This document shows positions 7,483-16,211 of a DNA stretch of 64,000 nt, in pieces. Each line of letters starts with the position of its first letter. Within the stretch, counting starts at the first letter, position 1. This stretch comes from an uncultured Candidatus Saccharibacteria bacterium (GTDB lineage Bacteria; Patescibacteriota; Minisyncoccia; Phycocordibacterales; UBA918). The position numbers were made by a program, and so were the translations under genes. Location of the stretch: contig CAZUWG010000002.1 in the NCBI GenBank assembly GCA_964624165.1, forward strand, positions 10,410-74,409, given 5' to 3'. The notes beneath the pieces were generated by a model. The model saw only the letters and a program-made list of their open reading frames with translations, was not told the DNA's origin and did not search any database.

Positions 7483-9369
7483 TTAATTTGTATGTCGAAT
7501 ATTTTCTTTAAGGTTAAAGCGGGGGCGCACTTTTTTGCCTGGGTTAAAGATATCATCTGGGTCAAAAAGATGTTCAAGATTTTCAAAAACTTCAATCATT
7601 TTTTTGCTAAACACTTTATCAAGATGTGGTGTTCTGATGATGCCGTCATTGTGCTCGCCACAAATATTACCGCCATGCTCTACCGCCAGAGTGAAAAACT
7701 CTTCAGACATTTTTTCGATCAAAGTAGCGACTCCTTGTTTCGTAAAATCAATAAGCGGATAAAAGTGAAAATGTCCATTTCCTCCATGTCCGTGTATCGC
7801 GGCGGTCACATGATACGTACGTAGAAGCTTTTGGATACCTGACAAAAATGACGAGAGTGCTGCTGGTGGCACCGTCATATCTTCAAGAAAAGCCGCGGGT
7901 CGTTTACTCTCATCTTGAAACTTTGAAAGGGTATAACTAGCACGACGCACTTGCCACAACATCTCGACTTCGTAAGGATTGATAACAGATCTAGCCATCG
8001 TCCCTCCGGCTTGGCGAATTGCCCCAAGTACATTACTTGTGTTGGCAGCAGAATCCTCATCCAAAGTAATAAGAAAGGTAAATGCCGGAATCTTGCGTTT
8101 GTAGCGTACATGGTACGTAGTGTACATAGAAAACATAACGCGATAATACTCGAGCTTGCCGAGCCGGTCTTTAAAGAAAGCAGGGTTTTGTAAAGCAAGA
8201 TCAAAGCTGAGTGCGTCAAAGACTTCGATATTAATCGGATTGTATTTAAGTGCTTCAGAGATCACTCTACTCGCAGTCGATAAGTCAAAAACCGGCACGA
8301 CGATAAGAGATTGATGTTTTTCTATTGGCGTTGTCTTGAGAGAAATTTTTGTGATGATACCGATTGTGCCCTGACTTCCCGAAAATAGACGAGTCATATC
8401 GAGCTTGGCTTTTCCTTTCTTGAAGTCGGTGATACTTCCGTCAATCACATCCCAAAGCGCATAGCCGGCAGAGTTCTTTTTTGTTTTGGGCGTATTGGCA
8501 CTGATTGTACGGCCGTGCGCACTAAGGAGTGATACGACCTCCTTTAGAATGTGAGCGTAAGCATTATCTTTTTTAATCAGGCGTTTGTATTCACTGTAGC
8601 TTAAGGGAGCGATATGGTAAGTGTTGCCATCGCTGAGTACTACTTCGAGTGATTCAACCCAGCTTGCCATATGTCCGTAGCGTAGAGAGTTTGGACCGGC
8701 GGCATTGTTGGCAATAGATCCTCCGACAGTACAGATATCTTTTGACGCAGGCAAAGAAGGTATGTAGACGTCATAACGCTTAAGGGCTTTTTCTACCGTT
8801 TGCCAGTATGTGCCTGGTAAGACTGTAATGGACACACCATGGCGGGAGGTCTCGATGGCTTCAATGCCATGAAGGTGTCTGGCAGTATCAATGACCACAG
8901 AGTCTGTCAGCGAACCTCCTGATAGACCTGTACCAGCTGAGCGTGGTGTGAGCGAGATGTGAGAAAAAAACTTGGTGTGCTCTTTAAATACCTGCACAGC
9001 AGTGGCGACATCTTTTTGTCGTTTGGGCGAAATAATAATTTGCGGAGTGATAGAAAAAATACTTTCATCAGTGCTGTATGAGGCGAGGGTTGAGGGATCA
9101 TTTTCAATTTCACCAACAAAACCTGCTTCCCTGAGCTTTTGTTCAAGGAGAAGATGACCGAGGGGTTGTCTTATGGCTTGGCGACTAATTTCTTTGTGTG
9201 TCAGAACACGACTGGTTTTTTTTGCAGTGTGCTTATTTTTCGCTTGAGAAGCGTTCTTTTTAGCAGGAGTAACTTTACGAGCCGGAGCTTTTTTTGATGT
9301 TACTTTTTTTGATCGTGCGATCGGTTTTTTTTGCGCCGCACGTTTTTTTGGTGCTGTGGTGGTTGCCAT
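7483..9369 (-). CDS. FAD-linked oxidase (GlcD / D-lactate dehydrogenase family) with lysine-rich N-terminal extension
   Basis: FAD_binding_4-type motifs (PRSAGTGLSGGS...; GGSIANNAAGPNSLRYGHM) and a C-terminal oxidase domain. The N-terminal 55 aa are ATTTAPKKRAAQKKPIARSKKVTSKKAPARKVTPAKKNASQAKNKHTAKK. Start taken as ATG 9369 (MATTT); the track's 9486 start would overlap the divergent helicase gene. Confidence 0.75.
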   Translation of the reverse strand: MATTTAPKKRAAQKKPIARSKKVTSKKAPARKVTPAKKNASQAKNKHTAKKTSRVLTHKEISRQAIRQPLGHLLLEQKLREAGFVGEIENDPSTLASYSTDESIFSITPQIIISPKRQKDVATAVQVFKEHTKFFSHISLTPRSAGTGLSGGSLTDSVVIDTARHLHGIEAIETSRHGVSITVLPGTYWQTVEKALKRYDVYIPSLPASKDICTVGGSIANNAAGPNSLRYGHMASWVESLEVVLSDGNTYHIAPLSYSEYKRLIKKDNAYAHILKEVVSLLSAHGRTISANTPKTKKNSAGYALWDVIDGSITDFKKGKAKLDMTRLFSGSQGTIGIITKISLKTTPIEKHQSLIVVPVFDLSTASRVISEALKYNPINIEVFDALSFDLALQNPAFFKDRLGKLEYYRVMFSMYTTYHVRYKRKIPAFTFLITLDEDSAANTSNVLGAIRQAGGTMARSVINPYEVEMLWQVRRASYTLSKFQDESKRPAAFLEDMTVPPAALSSFLSGIQKLLRTYHVTAAIHGHGGNGHFHFYPLIDFTKQGVATLIEKMSEEFFTLAVEHGGNICGEHNDGIIRTPHLDKVFSKKMIEVFENLEHLFDPDDIFNPGKKVRPRFNLKENIRHTN

Positions 9370-9477
9370 AAAAGATCGTTTAATAATTACATTGTAACGT
9401 GTAAAGAAAGGTAGAGCTTGCTTTGTCCACACTAAAGCAAAAATTTTGAGGCGTCTTACTTGTGGTAGAATGCCCGT

Positions 9478-11175
9478 ATGACTCAACCCGAAGCACTCTC
9501 TATTTTACAAACGGGCGGCAATGCTTTCCTCACTGGTGAACCTGGCGCCGGCAAAACATATGTCATCAACCAATACATTTCTTGGCTTGAGGCAGCCGGA
9601 CTTAAAGTAGCTGTTACCGCCTCAACCGGGATCGCTGCGACGCATATAGGTGGTATGACTATTCACTCATGGAGCCGATTAGGACCTAGAGACTCACTCT
9701 CACCACAAGATCTGGATTACATTTTGCAACATGAAAAAACCGTTAAACGTATTCAAAATACGCACGTACTTATTATTGATGAAATTTCAATGCTGTCCGC
9801 TGAGTTACTAAATATGGTAGATCGCGTCTGCCGAGGAGCGCGCCATTCAACGGAATCATTTGGTGGTTTGCAGGTAGTGTTTGTCGGGGATTTTTTTCAA
9901 TTACCACCCATTGTACCGCGCGGTGAGGAGCTTCATTACGCTTTTCAATCTCAGTCTTGGCGTGAAGCCGCGCCGCTGATTTGTTATCTTACCGATCAAT
10001 ACCGCCAAGAAGACGAACAGCTTCTTTCGCTTCTCCAGTCAATCAGAAAGAACGATGTTGATGATGATGCTTTTACATTACTGAGCGAACAAACTGATAT
10101 CTCATATGTAGACATTGAGCCGACCAGACTCTACACACACAACCTTGATGTAGATAGTGTGAATGGAGCTGAGCTAGAAAAACTCTCAGGCACTTCGCGT
10201 ACGTTCAAAATGGCCGGTAGTGGAAATAAAACTATGCAGCAGTCTTTGGTAAAAAATTGCCTCTCACCTGAGATACTTTACTTAAAGGAAGATGCTATGG
10301 TGATGTGTACTAAAAATAATTTTGAGGCGGGGTACGTCAATGGTACGCTCGGACGGGTGGTTGGTTTTTCTGGTATTGGTTGGCCTGAGATCGAGACGGC
10401 TGAAGGCAAACGCATTACTATTGAGCCGGCCACATGGGAGGTCATCGAAGACAAAAAGTCTCTCGCGGCGGTGGAGCAGGTTCCGCTTCGTCTGGCGTGG
10501 GCGATCACGATTCATAAGAGTCAGGGGATGTCGCTTGATGCAGCAGAGATAGATCTCTCAAAGGCGTTTGTGTTTGGGCAGGGGTATGTGGCGCTCTCAA
10601 GGGTGCGTTCTCTCGCTGGTCTTAAGATGATCGGAATGAGCCCAACTGCGCTTAGAGTAGATCCGAAAGTAGTGCAACGCGACGAAGAGTTTAGAATAAA
10701 AAGTGAAGAAGCCATAAGTACGTTCAGAGAACTTTCAGATGAAGAATTGGAAAAAATGCATAGATCCTTCATTCTTACTTGCGGCGGAACTTTTCCGACT
10801 GAGATACCAAAAGGTAGAGCCACCAGTTATGAAAGAATTAAAAAAGAGAGCACTTACGCGCAGACCAAATCTCTCCTTGCTGAAAAACATACCATCTCTG
10901 AGATTGCTAAGTTGCGCGGTATGAACACCACCACGATCTGGGCACATCTTGAAAAGCTTGCAAGCGACGGCGAGCTTAGTGTATCAATGCTGACACACTT
11001 AACTTCAGCGGTGTCGGATAATTACAAAGAGCAAGAAGAGCGCGTTTTTAAGGCGATTGAGGCATGTGGCGAGGAAAAACTAAAACCACTTTTTGAATAT
11101 TGTAATGAAGAAATTGATTACGAGGTGATCCGTTTGGTGAGACTTCTGCACACACTTGAGTCTGGGGATAAGTAG
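9478..11175 (+). CDS. Pif1/RecD-family ATP-dependent DNA helicase with C-terminal HTH extension
   Basis: Walker A GEPGAGKTYV, Walker B LIIDEISML, and the Pif1-family motif GYVALSRVRSLAGLKM. An extra ~150-aa C-terminal region contains a helix-turn-helix-like segment (HTISEIAKLRGMNTTTIWAHLEKL). Confidence 0.75.
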   Translation: MTQPEALSILQTGGNAFLTGEPGAGKTYVINQYISWLEAAGLKVAVTASTGIAATHIGGMTIHSWSRLGPRDSLSPQDLDYILQHEKTVKRIQNTHVLIIDEISMLSAELLNMVDRVCRGARHSTESFGGLQVVFVGDFFQLPPIVPRGEELHYAFQSQSWREAAPLICYLTDQYRQEDEQLLSLLQSIRKNDVDDDAFTLLSEQTDISYVDIEPTRLYTHNLDVDSVNGAELEKLSGTSRTFKMAGSGNKTMQQSLVKNCLSPEILYLKEDAMVMCTKNNFEAGYVNGTLGRVVGFSGIGWPEIETAEGKRITIEPATWEVIEDKKSLAAVEQVPLRLAWAITIHKSQGMSLDAAEIDLSKAFVFGQGYVALSRVRSLAGLKMIGMSPTALRVDPKVVQRDEEFRIKSEEAISTFRELSDEELEKMHRSFILTCGGTFPTEIPKGRATSYERIKKESTYAQTKSLLAEKHTISEIAKLRGMNTTTIWAHLEKLASDGELSVSMLTHLTSAVSDNYKEQEERVFKAIEACGEEKLKPLFEYCNEEIDYEVIRLVRLLHTLESGDK

Positions 11176-11273
11176 TTTTCTTAAAAGCGGTAGTGCGTAT
11201 AATTGAAGAAATGGGAACGTGTGCGCCTTGCGTGTGCGTTCTTTATTTTTAACAGTAAAAAAGTACTAGTAGT

Positions 11274-11918
11274 ATGAAACAAACATTTGCTGGGGTAGTA
11301 TTTGCTCTCCTTTTTATGACAGCGGTACCTGCTTCTGCACAAGAGACAACACCTGTGGTGATTGATCGTGAAGCCCTTATTGCGCGCATTAAAGAGCTGA
11401 TTATCGAGCTTCAGACATTACAAGGTGAGGTAAAAAAGGTGCAGGAAGAAATCCGTGCAACATTGTCGGATTCTCTTCAAGAAGGCATGAAGCACGAGGA
11501 CGTGCGTGAGATTCAGCGATTACTGGCGACTGACCCAGAGATCTATCCTGAAGGATTAACGACCGGATATTATGGACCTCTTACCAAAGAAGCTCTTAAG
11601 CGTTTTCAGATGAAGCATAAGCTTGAGGTGACTGGTGAAATCAATGAAGATACCAAACATCTACTTGAGGAATATCTGTCTGAAAAGTTTGGTGACAATA
11701 TTCCAGCTGGATTATTGCGTGCTCCCGGCATCCAAAAAAAGGTGGAAATGAGATTTAAGGAAGGGTGTGAAAGTAAAAAAGGTATGGGACCATTGTGTGT
11801 CAAACTTAAACTTAAATACGAAGTAGAGGAAGATGAGAAAGACGATGATGATGAAGATGACGAAGATGAAGACGAGGATGAAGATGAAGATGACGAAGAT
11901 GAGCAGGAAGATAACTAG
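11274..11918 (+). CDS. secreted protein with peptidoglycan-binding-like domain and poly-acidic C-terminal tail
   Basis: Signal peptide (MKQTFAGVVFALLFMTAVPASAQ). PG_binding_1-like segment (DVREIQRLLATDPEIYPEGLTTGYYGPLTKEALKRFQMKHKLEVTGEIN). The last ~34 aa are almost pure D/E (EEDEKDDDDEDDEDEDEDEDEDDEDEQEDN). Confidence 0.6.
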   Translation: MKQTFAGVVFALLFMTAVPASAQETTPVVIDREALIARIKELIIELQTLQGEVKKVQEEIRATLSDSLQEGMKHEDVREIQRLLATDPEIYPEGLTTGYYGPLTKEALKRFQMKHKLEVTGEINEDTKHLLEEYLSEKFGDNIPAGLLRAPGIQKKVEMRFKEGCESKKGMGPLCVKLKLKYEVEEDEKDDDDEDDEDEDEDEDEDDEDEQEDN

Positions 11919-11930
11919 TATTTAGACAAC

Positions 11931-11964
11931 AAAGCACCCTCGGGATACCCGAGGGTGCTTTGTT
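11931..11964. terminator. intrinsic terminator
   Basis: AAAGCACCCTCGGG-ATA-CCCGAGGGTGCTTTGTT hairpin followed by a T-rich tract, directly after the stop at 11918. Confidence 0.65.
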
Positions 11965-12099
11965 GCTAGACAGTTATTATAAGACTAAAAAGAGTGATAA
12001 AAAGAGGCATTGCTGGTTTGAAAAAAGTAAAGTCTTCCCAAGGGCATCATGATTGAGATTTTGGTATACTAAAGTCTTAGCAGTAATTTTTCACCATTT

Positions 12100-12546
12100 A
12101 TGTGGCACACATACCAAAAGCCGAGCGAGAAAGAGCTGGCAGAAACACTCGACCCTTTGGTGTATCAAGTGACGCAAGAAAATGTTACCGAACAACCGCA
12201 TTCGAGTGCACTTAATAAAAATACAGCGCCCGGCATTTATGTCGACGCACTTTCTGGCGCGCCGTTATTTTCTTCAGCAGATAAGTATGACAGCGGCAGC
12301 GGCTGGCCTTCTTTTACGAAGCCCATTTTAAGTGACGAGATAGCTGAGAGAACTGACATAACGCTACATCGACCGCGCATCGAAGTGCGCGCGAAAACAT
12401 CTGATAGTCATCTAGGGCACGTCTTTACAGATGGCCCGCAAAAAGAGGGTGGTATGCGGTATTGTATCAACGGCGCCTCGCTTAAGTTTATACCAAAAGA
12501 AGAGATGGAGGCGAAAGGATACGGTGATTTTCTATCGAAAGTATAA
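12100..12546 (+). CDS. msrB: peptide-methionine (R)-S-oxide reductase MsrB, zinc-less form
   Basis: SGWPSF, HLGHVFTDGP and catalytic RYCINGASLKF motifs. Neither CxxC pair of the zinc-containing forms is present. Confidence 0.8.
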   Translation: MWHTYQKPSEKELAETLDPLVYQVTQENVTEQPHSSALNKNTAPGIYVDALSGAPLFSSADKYDSGSGWPSFTKPILSDEIAERTDITLHRPRIEVRAKTSDSHLGHVFTDGPQKEGGMRYCINGASLKFIPKEEMEAKGYGDFLSKV

Positions 12547-12558
12547 TACAATGTCTGT

Positions 12559-13080
12559 ATGTTACTTTCAGAAATTATTTTCTCTATCTTTACTTTGTGG
12601 TACACCAGCGCCATTGCACTTGGAGTTGGATCTTCCTCACTCGCGATTGCGGGTTTTTTGACGGCCATTGCAGACGGCAGTTTTGATGAAGGTGAACGTC
12701 GCATCATGGGAGTGATTTACGTATCGCTTCGGATTGCAATGGTAATGATTCTTTTCACTCTCAGTATTTTTTGGTGGTGGTATCCGAGTGCGCTTAGTAC
12801 TGTCGATAAACAGGCTATCACAGTCTTTTTTCTGTTTGTGAATGCATTTTTAATGACCAAACATTACATAAGTGCGAAGTATGGTCCGGCGTTTCAGGCG
12901 GCAACTTGGTACACACTCGGGTTTGTGTTTACTATTGATGCTTTCGCACTCTTTTCAGTCACGATGCCGTTGTTTCTCATTTTGTACGCGGTCGATGTTA
13001 TTTTGGCGGTCGTTATCGTAAATGGTTTTATGCGGTACTACGAAGAAAAGCGCCGTCGCAACAGGGAAGAAAGAGTGTAG
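12559..13080 (+). CDS. hypothetical polytopic membrane protein
   Basis: 173 aa with about 5 hydrophobic segments; no recognised domain. Confidence 0.45.
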   Translation: MLLSEIIFSIFTLWYTSAIALGVGSSSLAIAGFLTAIADGSFDEGERRIMGVIYVSLRIAMVMILFTLSIFWWWYPSALSTVDKQAITVFFLFVNAFLMTKHYISAKYGPAFQAATWYTLGFVFTIDAFALFSVTMPLFLILYAVDVILAVVIVNGFMRYYEEKRRRNREERV

Positions 13081-13086
13081 TGTTGC

Positions 13087-13118
13087 AAAAGGCCAAAGTG
13101 TTCCACTTTGGCCTTTTT
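13087..13118. terminator. bidirectional terminator between convergent genes
   Basis: AAAAGGCCAAAGTG-TTC-CACTTTGGCCTTTTT. Confidence 0.65.
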
Positions 13119-13124
13119 CGGAGG

Positions 13125-16100
13125 TTAGCGCAAGACCTCGCCTGGTTTTCTGTAGTACACGATTGGTATTAATACGAGTGTAATCACAACTGAAAAGATC
13201 AGCCCAAACATCACAGCAAATGCCAGAGGTGCCCAGACGGGATCAGCGTATGTAAGCGGAATCATGCCCAGTACCGTGGTAATAGTGGTGAGAAGAATCG
13301 GACGTAAACGATTGGTGGCGCCATCAAGCACAATATCAATATGCGCTGCTTCGGGCCGCTCTTTTCGCATTTGGTTCATGGTGTCGATAAGGAGGATTGA
13401 GTTATTTACTACAATTCCTGAAAGCGCAATAAATCCCATCAGCGAAGGGAACGAGAGAGCATTTCCTGTCAACGCAAGCCCAACCATAATACCGATAAGT
13501 GAATACGGCAAGATAGAAAGTACGTATCGAGTGTGGAGGTAAGAGTTGAATTGCAGTACTAAAACACAGACCATAAGAAGTACGCCCGCCACTAGCGCGG
13601 CAAACATTTCCATAAAAGCTTTATTGGTTTCATCAGCTTCACCACCAGTACTGACGGTAATGTTGTCAGAAAGATTTAGTTCATTTTCAATCTTATCAAG
13701 TAGGGTTGCTGTTATCTCAAGGGCGTTGCCGTCCTCGGTCACTTCGCCTTGTAGAGCAATGACGCGTTTGCCACCTTCGTGAGTGATGACTTCATTTGAA
13801 GACTGAAGATAGATGGTCGTGATCGAGGACAGCGGTACCACGCCATTTGGGGTGGCTATTTCCGTCCTAAGTACATTGTCAATCGTCGTCTCGTTGGTAC
13901 GTGATGGATCAGTATTGCCAGGAATGTTTCGCTTCACTACGACAGTGACGTCGTCACTTAGTGAAGTCAGTGAGGTAGCTTCAGTGCCAAAAGTAGCGGC
14001 GCGAAGGGCGCTTGAGACGGCGATCGCGTTTAGGCCCAGGCTTGACGCTTTAAGATTTTCGAGGGTAACTAAATATTCGACCGCACTATTATTGGTATCG
14101 CTGGTGACGTTTTTTGTACCAGGGATTTGGCGCAAGAGCTCGCCAGCCTTAGTAGCAGCATTCGTGAGTTCGGAAATATCATTACCGATAAACTTTACCA
14201 AGATCGGCGCGCCTGTCGGTGGTCCACTGTCTGGCTGACTGATATCAATTTGTGCATTAGGAATAGTAGAAACCTTTGTCTGGAGTTGGTCTGCAAGGAC
14301 GAGGCTGGTTGCGTCTCGGTCTTCTTTAAGTAGGATAAAAAAGTTGGCAAGTTTTTCTCCATCACCACCACCGGTGTATTCGTTGCCGCTACCTACCGTC
14401 GTGCGGAAAGAGGAGATATTTGATTCTGTGTAAAGAATATCCTCTACTTGGCGTGCAACAATGTCAGTGCGTTCTTTAGTAGTGCCAGCTGCCATTTCGA
14501 CATCTATAAAAAGGTAGGGCATATCACTACTTTCAAAAAACACTACTTTCACCACCCCAAATACAGGAAGCAGAAGCGCTGCCACTAGCAGTAAGCGAAT
14601 GCTCCACAAAAAGCGTTTTTCTTTTTTTCTGTTACCAAGAATGGTGCTTAGTTTGTTGCGATACCATATCTCGAGCGCGTGCGCGTAGGCCACCTGTTTA
14701 GCTTCAAAGTTGGTAGTATTGCGACGGCGAAGAAAGTTGGAGGCAAAAAGCGGTACAATAAAAAGCGATACAAAAAGTGATGCACTCAAGAGGAAAATAA
14801 GAGTAAAGGGAATACTCTCAATAAACTGACCTGTAATACCAGACACAATAAAGAGTCCGACAAACATCGCAATCGTGGTGAGTGTCCCTGAAGTTAATGG
14901 AGCAGCAAAATCCGCAACAGTTTTACGGGCGGCTTCTTTTTTATCAATAGTAAGGTCTTTCTTCATGCGTCGGTTGATGCCTTCCACCATCACAATGGCC
15001 GAGTCGACCAAAATACCAATACCAAGAATCAGTGAAAAAAGTGAGAGGAAATTGATGGTGTTGCCAGAGTAGTAGAGTCCAATAAACCCGATCAAAAATG
15101 AGAGCGGGATCGCCGTTCCAGCGATCAGTCCTTCTCGCCAGCCGATAGCAAGTACTAGTGCAATAAAAACCAATATCACAGTTTGTAACCCAGAAGTTGC
15201 CAGTTGCACTAGGTCATCATTGATATCCTTACCCATGTCAATAAGCACCTCTACGGTACTCTCCTCAAGCAGCTCACCCTCAGCTTGTAGCTCTGTAATG
15301 CGCGCGCGTACGGCTGAAGCTATGCGCGTAATATCGCCACTACTTTGTTTATAGATACTTACGGACATCGATTGTACAGAAGGTGATCCATCAACAGAAA
15401 GACGAGATAGGGTTGTTTGTTTGCTGAGTCCATCAATTACGACGGCGACGTCTCGCACGAGCACTGATTGTCCGCCGCGCGTCGTGATTGCGATGTTTTC
15501 AATATCAGCTGCGTTTTTTGGTTTGCCTTCGAAGGCGATGTTGTAGCTTGTGCTATCGTGCTCGATGCTGCCGATAGGTAGTGCGATGTTGGCGTTTTGG
15601 ATTGCGTTGGTAACATCTTGAATCGAGATAGAAAATTGTGTTAAGGCAGCATTATCTACAAGGACAGTGATTTCAGGTTTCTGCACCCCCACAATAACGA
15701 CATCCGAAACTCCAGACACTTTTTCAAGCTCATCCTCAAGCAAAGAAGCGAGGTCAGAAAAGGCGCGGTCGTTGGTATCATTGGCAATGGCGACGGTGAG
15801 TATGGGTTGATTCACAAAGTCAATCTGCGTCACCTGCGGCTCAGTGGCATCGCTAGGAAGATCGCTTTTCGCCCGGTCTACCGCATCTTTTAAGTCTTGG
15901 ATTGAATCATCGATATCGGCGCTGGCTTCGAATTCTACTGTGATAGAGGAGACGCCGTTACGTGACGTTGAGGTAACTTTTTTTACATTTTCAATATTTT
16001 GAACAGCAGTCTCAAGTTCGTTTGTGACCAGTGCTTCAATGTCGGTTGCGGGGGCGCCAGGAAGAGCGGTGATGACAACTCCCACTGGTATCTCTACTTC

Positions 16101-16208
16101 TGGTGTAGACTCACGAGGAATGGAGAGTAGGGCATACGAACCAACCACGATCAACACCACTACCAAAAGGTACGCAAAACGATTGTTCTTGAGAAAAAAG
16201 TTCCACAT
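13125..16208 (-). CDS. RND-family efflux transporter permease (AcrB/HAE-like)
   Basis: 1027 aa with the 12-TM RND topology and typical motifs (IDNSIVMVEGI, GLALTGN..., large periplasmic loops). Confidence 0.9.
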   Translation of the reverse strand: MWNFFLKNNRFAYLLVVVLIVVGSYALLSIPRESTPEVEIPVGVVITALPGAPATDIEALVTNELETAVQNIENVKKVTSTSRNGVSSITVEFEASADIDDSIQDLKDAVDRAKSDLPSDATEPQVTQIDFVNQPILTVAIANDTNDRAFSDLASLLEDELEKVSGVSDVVIVGVQKPEITVLVDNAALTQFSISIQDVTNAIQNANIALPIGSIEHDSTSYNIAFEGKPKNAADIENIAITTRGGQSVLVRDVAVVIDGLSKQTTLSRLSVDGSPSVQSMSVSIYKQSSGDITRIASAVRARITELQAEGELLEESTVEVLIDMGKDINDDLVQLATSGLQTVILVFIALVLAIGWREGLIAGTAIPLSFLIGFIGLYYSGNTINFLSLFSLILGIGILVDSAIVMVEGINRRMKKDLTIDKKEAARKTVADFAAPLTSGTLTTIAMFVGLFIVSGITGQFIESIPFTLIFLLSASLFVSLFIVPLFASNFLRRRNTTNFEAKQVAYAHALEIWYRNKLSTILGNRKKEKRFLWSIRLLLVAALLLPVFGVVKVVFFESSDMPYLFIDVEMAAGTTKERTDIVARQVEDILYTESNISSFRTTVGSGNEYTGGGDGEKLANFFILLKEDRDATSLVLADQLQTKVSTIPNAQIDISQPDSGPPTGAPILVKFIGNDISELTNAATKAGELLRQIPGTKNVTSDTNNSAVEYLVTLENLKASSLGLNAIAVSSALRAATFGTEATSLTSLSDDVTVVVKRNIPGNTDPSRTNETTIDNVLRTEIATPNGVVPLSSITTIYLQSSNEVITHEGGKRVIALQGEVTEDGNALEITATLLDKIENELNLSDNITVSTGGEADETNKAFMEMFAALVAGVLLMVCVLVLQFNSYLHTRYVLSILPYSLIGIMVGLALTGNALSFPSLMGFIALSGIVVNNSILLIDTMNQMRKERPEAAHIDIVLDGATNRLRPILLTTITTVLGMIPLTYADPVWAPLAFAVMFGLIFSVVITLVLIPIVYYRKPGEVLR

Positions 16209-16211
16209 AAG

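Noticed and set aside
9370-9486. Track start (9486) of the FAD-oxidase ORF overlapping the helicase start
   Set aside because: The residues before MATTT (MSHTGILPQVRRLKIFALVWTKQ…) are encoded by the divergent promoter region and would overlap the helicase gene's start. ATG 9369 gives a clean divergent arrangement.
11814-11915. GAT/GAA triplet-repeat DNA as a non-coding tandem repeat
   Set aside because: It is in frame within a well-formed secreted-protein ORF, is followed immediately by a stop and a terminator, and encodes the poly-acidic tail. Reported under findings instead.
11176-12099. Intergenic regions scanned for tRNA, tmRNA, RNase P or SRP RNA (also 2800-3144, 24880-24981, 47745-47847, 48451-48742)
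   Set aside because: No cloverleaf-compatible acceptor/T-arm patterns (GTTCRANYC) and no tmRNA or RNase P or SRP signature motifs were recognisable by eye. They cannot be excluded without covariance-model search.
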